Positions 57,629 through 64,000 of a DNA stretch of 64,000 nt are shown here, piece after piece. This stretch comes from Candidatus Poribacteria bacterium (GTDB taxonomy: Bacteria; Poribacteria; WGA-4E; WGA-3G), in assembly GCA_963665235.2 (NCBI GenBank), contig CAXXLX010000001.1, forward strand, positions 2,912,001 through 2,976,000, given 5' to 3'. The translations under genes were made by a program, and so were the position numbers. The notes under the pieces were generated by a model. That model saw nothing but the letters and a program-made list of their open reading frames with translations. It was not told where the DNA came from and searched no databases. Position 1 is the stretch's first letter. Each line of letters opens with the position of its first letter.

Positions 57629-57950
57629 TATGGTAGAGCCCGTAATTATTTTCACCCTCGGTGGGAACGGCACGGGTTAGGGGACCCAACCCATGTTGTG
57701 TGAGAGCCCTATCACGGTGTGCTCACAGATTTTCGGAATTTACTATAAACAAATAGTGTTCCTGTAAAACAGACAATGTTAAGTATAACACAGTTTGACA
57801 AAACATGGCAAAATTTTTTCTGTGTTTATAGTAGAGCCCATAATTATGTGCACCGGCGGCGAGAACTGCGCGGGTTAGGTTTCCCACCCCCTATCGTGTT
57901 GTATGGGAGCCCTATCACGGTGTGCTCACAGATTTTCGGAATTTACTATG
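57629..57950. repeat. Two ~120-bp MITE-like direct repeats (57629-57747 and 57827-57950)
   Basis: Shared start TAT(G/A)GTAGAGCCC.TAATTAT and identical end GAGCCCTATCACGGTGTGCTCACAGATTTTCGGAATTTACTAT, with TAGTA/TACTA-type inverted termini. Confidence 0.7.
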
Positions 57951-57955
57951 ATTTT

Positions 57956-58360
57956 TCAACGTCGAAAAAGGTGGTTTAATGTTGGCAGAAAATCTTGTAG
58001 AAAGGCACCATTTGTCAAGGCACAAACTCCCTCCACTTGACACGCGTCATCGGTGGAAGCCTTGTAATTGACAACTCCATCACCGTGTAGCTCCATCGTC
58101 GTTGTGCCTTCCTCAAGATACCATTTAAAACGTAGACTGCCATATTCAGTCCAACTAAGGTCTGGTATAGGGTTACCGGAATGAAAGAGTATCTCTAGTA
58201 AAAACAAGGCATCATTGCATACCGAATCTGGCGCAGCGGCGACTGCGCTGTCCATGACACAAATTTTCTCTGCCTGCTGGCGGAGCACTGTGAGTTCACG
58301 TTGGATAGAGTGCCGAAATGAACCGCCATCTCTTTTTGGGCTATCAAAGTGTAATTGCAT
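57956..58360 (-). CDS. Hypothetical protein
   Basis: ORF with GGAG before ATG 58360. No family recognised. Confidence 0.5.
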   Translation of the reverse strand: MQLHFDSPKRDGGSFRHSIQRELTVLRQQAEKICVMDSAVAAAPDSVCNDALFLLEILFHSGNPIPDLSWTEYGSLRFKWYLEEGTTTMELHGDGVVNYKASTDDACQVEGVCALTNGAFLQDFLPTLNHLFRR

Positions 58361-58388
58361 GATGTCTCTCCGATTTGTTGGTTGAGCG

Positions 58389-58413
58389 GGGCGCGCTTTC
58401 AAAGCGCGCCTAC
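58389..58413 (-). repeat. GTAG-type REP-like palindrome / possible terminator
   Basis: GGCGCGCTTT-C-AAAGCGCGCC-TAC. Confidence 0.55.
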
Positions 58414-58429
58414 CTGATATGCCGGGATA

Positions 58430-59254
58430 TTAATCACGTTTTCGCTTGAGTTGTGCCCAGACGGTTGCTAACTTTCCGTTTGCCTCAACGGCAAGTGCCC
58501 CGCTAGCCAAACTCTCAATCTCTTTTTCATCTAATACCCTGTTGTAAAGACGCACATCGTCAATGAGCCCGGGCCATGAATTATTGCCGCCATCTTTAGC
58601 TCCCCTCCCGATGACAAATTTGGAGGCTCCGGTGATTTCACCCTCGGTCGCAGCCGCATTAAACACCGGGGCATCATCAAGCACGCCATCAATATAGAGT
58701 GAAAGCTGTTCTCCGCTACGCCATGCAAAGGCGAGATGTTGCCACTCCGTAGTTTGCACATTGCTTCTACTCTCATAAGGTTGAACACCGCCCGTTGTGG
58801 TAATGGCACCTTTGATAAGATTTGTGCCGCCTTTAACTTCCCAGCTTGCGGCATCGTAGCGTAGGGTAAATATAATATCTCCGCCGCCGGGGTCAATACC
58901 GTGAAAGATACCCCGATCATGGGAAGTTTTATCGGATTTAACCCAAACGGATACGGTAAAAGCGTCAAGTCCATTGATGTACTTTCCACCGTCCGCATCT
59001 TCGGCGGTACTTCCAGCACCATCAAGTTTCAACGCACCTCCAAATCTTCCGTTGTTGGGCTCCCAACTGGCATCGCCGGTGAGTGTTGCGTCGTTGCCGT
59101 TTTTACTTTTATCTGCGGCAGTTTTTCCAGTAGACTCATCAAGCGGCCAGTAGCCAATTAACCCGTCTTGTAAGCCTGCACTTGCGACGGAGGTCAGGTA
59201 AACAGTGACGACGAGCATGAAAAATAAAAATCTAATAGCGTTTTGCATTTGCAA
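58430..59254 (-). CDS. LamG domain secreted protein with C-terminal KLATVWAQLK motif
   Basis: LIGYWPLDE, WQHLAFAW and IDDVRLYNRVL. Confidence 0.88.
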   Translation of the reverse strand: MQMQNAIRFLFFMLVVTVYLTSVASAGLQDGLIGYWPLDESTGKTAADKSKNGNDATLTGDASWEPNNGRFGGALKLDGAGSTAEDADGGKYINGLDAFTVSVWVKSDKTSHDRGIFHGIDPGGGDIIFTLRYDAASWEVKGGTNLIKGAITTTGGVQPYESRSNVQTTEWQHLAFAWRSGEQLSLYIDGVLDDAPVFNAAATEGEITGASKFVIGRGAKDGGNNSWPGLIDDVRLYNRVLDEKEIESLASGALAVEANGKLATVWAQLKRKRD

Positions 59255-59261
59255 TTCCTCC

Positions 59262-60629
59262 TTATGTTTTTATCAGGTTTCCCGGTTCGGCGGGTGTGTC
59301 TGGTTTACGCGCAGTAGTGGTATACGCAGCATGAGGTTCCAGCCGCTCTTCAAAACGATTATAGAGTATAACGGTGGTGTCGCGGTCTGTTTCATAATGT
59401 GGTGCTGGAAGTCCGAGGCTCTCCATTTCTTGACGCATTTTCCGAGTGCCTTCACTCAAGGCGCGTACGAGAGGTTCACCGTGCTCATCTTTCATGAAGC
59501 GCATCCATTCGACAATTCTCGAGTTCCGCAGGACTGAATTAAGCACCGTATCAGCGAGGCTAAAATGCCGCGGAACTTCTTGAGGGATGCCCCCCGGACT
59601 TTTCACAACGAAGCCGTTTCGATAAGCGATGCAGTGAATCGCCTCAGAGAATCCGTAATCTCTATGAATTACTGCGTTAAGCACTGCTTCATCCACTGCT
59701 AGAAGCGGATATTCGGGACTTTCAATAAATCCGCCGTTAGAACTCCGTCTTATGATAGTTCTAAAAAGAGCAGAATCTCTGAAAAAGGTTCTGAGTGCAC
59801 AGATAATGTTTGGAAGTGGGCCATCAAAATCCTTATCAAAGGTAGTCGCGCCACGATACTTCGATTCCTCAACATCGACCTCAAAACGGACTACCCGGAC
59901 ATAAGCTCCTGGGAGACGTTTACGAGGGTATGCGGCAAAGAAGAGATAGCCAGCTTTGGTGAAGGCGCGTTTTTCATTCTCTATTTGTATGAGGGCACCT
60001 ATGTTCAAAAGTACTTCCTCGGTGCTATAATTGTATTGTGCACCTCTTGCCTCAAGGAACGTTTGCTTGAACTTCTCAACTATCTCTTTATCAAGTTCAT
60101 CGGGATTGTATGGACAGCAGTAAGACATCTCAAAGTCAACGATTCCTTTATCCCGTCTCAATTGCTCGTCATCGATTCGACGGAGTGGAAGACACTGCGC
60201 GCCAAATCTTTTCCATGCCTTTGGAAAATCTGCGAATGTTTCACAAATTGCATTTGGTGTCCACGGTGTGTAAAGAAGATGCAACCGTTTTCCATTTGGA
60301 GCGGGCAGTACTAAATCTTTCACTTGTGTTGCGTGCCCGATTAAATCTCGCGCGCTTTGCAAGAGGTTATTGAGCGTCTGTTCATCAACGTGCTCAGTGC
60401 CTTTAACGGTTCCATCATCAGCGATACCGAGTACTACAAGACCGCCTGCTCTGTTACTGTTCGCAAAGGCAGATATACACTGCTTGATTTTGTCCTTCAA
60501 TGTGTTGATTTGATTTTTAGTGTCAATTCGAACCTCTTTCCGGTCGAAGTGCTGCCCTTCAAAATCAACAGATTGTAAGAAATCCAGATACTGTAGTGGG
60601 TTATCAAAAACCTCTTTTGGGGTTGGCAT
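59262..60629 (-). CDS. Schlafen/AlbA_2 domain plus HATPase_c_4 ATP-binding protein
   Basis: EGQHFDRK, SAFAN..GG.VVLGIADDG, EAVLNAVIHRDY and SPGG. Confidence 0.85.
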   Translation of the reverse strand: MPTPKEVFDNPLQYLDFLQSVDFEGQHFDRKEVRIDTKNQINTLKDKIKQCISAFANSNRAGGLVVLGIADDGTVKGTEHVDEQTLNNLLQSARDLIGHATQVKDLVLPAPNGKRLHLLYTPWTPNAICETFADFPKAWKRFGAQCLPLRRIDDEQLRRDKGIVDFEMSYCCPYNPDELDKEIVEKFKQTFLEARGAQYNYSTEEVLLNIGALIQIENEKRAFTKAGYLFFAAYPRKRLPGAYVRVVRFEVDVEESKYRGATTFDKDFDGPLPNIICALRTFFRDSALFRTIIRRSSNGGFIESPEYPLLAVDEAVLNAVIHRDYGFSEAIHCIAYRNGFVVKSPGGIPQEVPRHFSLADTVLNSVLRNSRIVEWMRFMKDEHGEPLVRALSEGTRKMRQEMESLGLPAPHYETDRDTTVILYNRFEERLEPHAAYTTTARKPDTPAEPGNLIKT

Positions 60630-60680
60630 TTTATGAGTCTCTCTAAGGTAAGGGCGGGTCTTAAGCCCGCCCATCAATTT

Positions 60681-61436
60681 TTAGACGTTACACACATCAT
60701 AAGCGTGCTGCATTGCGTCAAACGGGTCGCCTTTCGGGCTGAACTCGTGTCCTACGTAGAGGTCATAGTCGGTATTTGCGATGGCGCGCATGACAGCGGG
60801 ATAGTAGATTTCCTGCTCGTCATCAAGGTCTCGGCGCCCTGGGTTGCCTGCGGTATGGAAGTGCCCGATATATTCGATATAGTCCGTGATATTACGGATA
60901 AGGTCGCCTTCCATAATCTGCATGTGGTAAATGTCATAGAGCAGCAGTGCGCGGGGTGAACCGACCCCTTTGCACACCTCAACGCCCCATTCTGTCTTAT
61001 CGCACTGATAGTCGGGATGGTTGACTTTGCTGTTGAGCAGTTCAACACAGAGGTTAACCCCTTTTTCCTCGGCGGTTTTTGTGACGCGTGACAAACCTGC
61101 TATTGTGTTATCGCGGCCCTCTTCTTCGGAGCGACCTTCTCGGTTGCCGGAGAAGCATATCAGTCCGGGTATGTCGTTTTCAGCGGCGATGTCGATATTC
61201 TTAAGCAGTTCATCCTCAATTCTGTCGTGATTATCCGGGTCGTTCAGGCCGGAGGGGAGCGATGAATGGCCGACAATAATTGCAACGCGCATTCCGTTAT
61301 CTTGAACGACGGACCAGTGGTCAGCACCGACCATCTCAACAGATCTGTAACCGATTTCGGCGGCTTTTTTTATAACTTCTACCGGGTCTCTGTCCCGCCG
61401 GAAACCGCCAAAACAGATGGATTGATTAATTGGCAT
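60681..61436 (-). CDS. Hydroxypyruvate isomerase family TIM-barrel protein
   Basis: VELLNSKVNHPDY, YDIYHMQIMEG and HFHTAGNPGR. Confidence 0.88.
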   Translation of the reverse strand: MPINQSICFGGFRRDRDPVEVIKKAAEIGYRSVEMVGADHWSVVQDNGMRVAIIVGHSSLPSGLNDPDNHDRIEDELLKNIDIAAENDIPGLICFSGNREGRSEEEGRDNTIAGLSRVTKTAEEKGVNLCVELLNSKVNHPDYQCDKTEWGVEVCKGVGSPRALLLYDIYHMQIMEGDLIRNITDYIEYIGHFHTAGNPGRRDLDDEQEIYYPAVMRAIANTDYDLYVGHEFSPKGDPFDAMQHAYDVCNV

Positions 61437-61505
61437 AATTATTTTCTCGCTTTTTGTTAAGGGACAGCGACATGCTGTCCCTGATTAAGTAAGGTATAGA
61501 GAGGG

Positions 61506-62471
61506 TTAGAGATCAATAGCTTTACCGGTTCTGAACGATGTGCTTGCGGCAAGCATGATACGGAGTGTTTGCAACGCATCGCTGTAAGGCGATAGAATTT
61601 TGGAATCGTCTCCGGTTTTAACAGCGTCAATAAAAACACGGTCTCTATCTTGTCCGCCGGCACCGGAAAGCGGTTCCGTTTCGCCTCTACGGTTGGCGTT
61701 GTTTGGCCCCCCGACAGTGACGACGAGTCCGCGTGTGAACACCTCAAGGTGAACGCGTCCGAACCCCTCTAGGGCGCAAGCGGAGACGATGTTGGCGACT
61801 GCCCCGTTCTCAAATTCAATATTGACCATGCTAATATCATCTACGTCGTAGTTTTCGATATGCGTCATACTGCCGCTTGCGGCGACCCCGTGGACGGTTT
61901 TACCGTCACTGCCGACGAGGAAACGGGCAAGATCGAAGATATGTGTTGTCTGTTCGACGTGCTGTCCGCCGGATTGGGCGCGGACGCGCCACCAGGGAGT
62001 GCCGGGCATGCCGCCCATCCAATAGCCGAGTGCGCCGAGGATTTGCGGTTGCTCCTCAAGCATCGCCTTTGCATTTTGGGCATTTCCGCCGTAGCGCCAA
62101 TGATAACCGACACTTGTGATAGTACCGCTCTGTTCGACGTACTCATTGATGATGACTGCGGGCTCCATTTCAGAATGAATCGGTTTTTCGATAAACATAG
62201 CGATTCCCTGTTCGCAAGCGATACGTTCCTGTTCACCGTGTGCAAACGGGGGTGTGCAGATATAAACCGCGTCCAAATCCTCTTTATCGTACATGACCCG
62301 ATAGTCGGTATATGCGTTTCCGCCAAATTCTTCGGCGCGAGATTTCGCCCGGTCCTCTGAAATATCACACATGGCACAGAATTCAACATCTTCAAAGTTG
62401 TCTTTCAGGTTGCGCATGTGCGCGCCTGCCATGCCGCCTGTACCGATGAAACCAAGTTTAACTTTGTCCAT
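61506..62471 (-). CDS. Gfo/Idh/MocA family oxidoreductase
   Basis: GFIGTGG, DAVYICTPP and EKP. AAGGAG lies before ATG 62471. Confidence 0.9.
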   Translation of the reverse strand: MDKVKLGFIGTGGMAGAHMRNLKDNFEDVEFCAMCDISEDRAKSRAEEFGGNAYTDYRVMYDKEDLDAVYICTPPFAHGEQERIACEQGIAMFIEKPIHSEMEPAVIINEYVEQSGTITSVGYHWRYGGNAQNAKAMLEEQPQILGALGYWMGGMPGTPWWRVRAQSGGQHVEQTTHIFDLARFLVGSDGKTVHGVAASGSMTHIENYDVDDISMVNIEFENGAVANIVSACALEGFGRVHLEVFTRGLVVTVGGPNNANRRGETEPLSGAGGQDRDRVFIDAVKTGDDSKILSPYSDALQTLRIMLAASTSFRTGKAIDL

Positions 62472-62617
62472 ACATTCTCCTTCAAAAATAGGTCGTAATG
62501 GAAAATTCATTAATTTTTTAATAGTTTACCAAAATTGAACTTTTATTGCAAGCAATATGCAAATGTGCTATAATTTTCTTTGTAAGATTCATAACATAAT
62601 TCATAAAAGGAAACATT

Positions 62618-63130
62618 ATGAAAATTTTATTGATAGTTCTTATCTTAATCTGTGCTACACCGGTGTTAGCACAAATCACGCCAGAGGAATTTCGCGCTAT
62701 CCTGAAGGAGGAAATAACTGCCTCTGAAAATCGTATGCGTGCAGAGTTTCAAGCTATTGTCAAAGAAACGGCTGCCGAATCTGAAAATCGTATGCGTGCA
62801 GAGTTTCAAGCTATTGTCAAAGAAACAGCTGCCGAATTAGAAAAGGATATGCGCGAATACGTTAAATTGAATTTTGAGAAACTCGAGATACAAATGGTAG
62901 AGTTTGATAAGCGTTTAGGCGTGTTCGACAAACGTTTAGACGATTTAAGTAAATCGGTCGGTTTCATATCTGTCATTGTGCAGGTACTGTTTGCGTTCGT
63001 GGCACTTGCTATCGGTCTACCGCAAATCGTAAATACCTTCAGAAACCGAAATTATCGTACGCAACAGGACAGTTCACCGAAAGACCCGTCACCGAACAGC
63101 CCAAAAGCTGAAGAAACACTGGAGACATAA
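62618..63130 (+). CDS. Secreted/membrane coiled-coil protein with a 19-aa tandem duplication
   Basis: Signal peptide, 57-bp repeat at 62723-62836 (SENRMRAEFQAIVKETAAE twice) and C-terminal TM. Confidence 0.7.
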   Translation: MKILLIVLILICATPVLAQITPEEFRAILKEEITASENRMRAEFQAIVKETAAESENRMRAEFQAIVKETAAELEKDMREYVKLNFEKLEIQMVEFDKRLGVFDKRLDDLSKSVGFISVIVQVLFAFVALAIGLPQIVNTFRNRNYRTQQDSSPKDPSPNSPKAEETLET

Positions 63131-63219
63131 AATAAAGACTCACGGAAATACGATACAAAGCGAAAAGACTACGCAACTTTATATGGGCACGACACCTAAA
63201 GGATAGGAGGAAAAACGGG

Positions 63220-64000
63220 GTGGATTTCAAATTTGGATATAGCACGTTGCGTTGGCAGGAGCCGGATTTTGAGGAGCTGCTAACGCAACTCAAGGATGCA
63301 GGTTGGGATGGCTGGGAGATGCGGCAATCTTTGGAATGGGTTGGTACAGCACAACAGATTCGTCAGGTGTGTGATAATGTAGCGTTGCCTATTGCTGCTG
63401 TTACTGCCCGCGGGCTGCCGATTGACAAAAATTTTGATCAGATGGAACGCAATAAACGGAGAATTGACTTCGCAGCAGAGGTTGAGGCAGACTGCTTTAT
63501 GTTCATGGGCGCGGGGAAACCGAGCGACCGCCCGGTGAACAATTCCGATCTGGCGGCACTGGCTGATGTTTCTGAAGAGTGGGCTGAATACGCATCACAA
63601 TACGGGTTGGATGTCTGTTATCATATCCACACAAACACAACGGTAGACTCTATTGAGGATTGGGCAAAATATATGAGCTTGCTCCGAAAGTGCAAGTTGT
63701 GCATAGATGTGTCGCATTCCGCCCTCTGGGGGTATGAGCCGAGCGAATCTATTCGTCGCTATAGCGATGTGCTCGTTTATGTCCACCTTCAGGATTATAG
63801 CAGTGCTACAGGTGGAGACGGGGCGCGGTATGATGTGGATTGGGTGGATGTCGGGGGCGGCACGGCGATGGATTTCCCGAAGATTATGTCCACCTTGGAA
63901 GACATCGGCTATGACCGATGGATTACTGCTTGCCCGGGGATGGTCGAGGACCGTTCCGATGAAGAACGAATGACTGTGAATCGCGAGTATTTACGGCAGT
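63220..64000 (+). CDS. Sugar phosphate isomerase/epimerase (IolE-like TIM barrel), runs off the window end
   Basis: GTG start after AGGAGG; MDFKFGYSTLRW..GWDGWE, YHIHT, CIDVSH and VHLQD. Not in the ORF track because there is no stop in the window. Confidence 0.8.
   Translation, partial: MDFKFGYSTLRWQEPDFEELLTQLKDAGWDGWEMRQSLEWVGTAQQIRQVCDNVALPIAAVTARGLPIDKNFDQMERNKRRIDFAAEVEADCFMFMGAGKPSDRPVNNSDLAALADVSEEWAEYASQYGLDVCYHIHTNTTVDSIEDWAKYMSLLRKCKLCIDVSHSALWGYEPSESIRRYSDVLVYVHLQDYSSATGGDGARYDVDWVDVGGGTAMDFPKIMSTLEDIGYDRWITACPGMVEDRSDEERMTVNREYLRQ

Noticed and set aside
1-64000. rRNA, tRNA (including tRNA-Sec), prophage or known riboswitch
   Set aside because: None was recognisable by eye. A covariance-model scan would be needed to exclude small RNAs.

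Overview
Bacterial chromosomal window of about 48% GC (estimated by eye). The gene content suggests Candidatus Poribacteria or a relative (inference): LamG proteins ending in a KLATxWxxLK motif, three PhyH dioxygenases, an ECF sigma factor fused to a beta-propeller, Uma2 and a sulfatase. Housekeeping genes include scpA/scpB, thrC, xylA, cstA, prs, gpmI and a cysK-cysH-CysO-Mec/NIL sulfur operon. Notable signals are: (1) three UGA-readthrough selenoprotein candidates missed by the ORF track, namely two tandem HMA lipoproteins with GMT-U-xx-C and a peroxiredoxin-like protein with U-G-F-C, each with a SECIS-like hairpin; (2) non-autonomous elements with TIRs and TSDs that carry expandable REP-like hairpin arrays, including a CRISPR-looking 15-repeat array with only two spacer types inside nested ends, and one MITE present twice with 3 versus 15 units; (3) a 2.7 kb segment bounded by IscB-type IS200/IS605-like ends but carrying secreted-protein cargo; (4) an HNH gene split by an IS630 nested in a MITE; (5) an operon of a proteasome-beta-like Ntn protease, an antitoxin-like gene and a PIN nuclease; and (6) a GlmU-like/DUF89 fusion. 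Several single frameshifts may be assembly errors. All family assignments come from motif recognition, not database searches.
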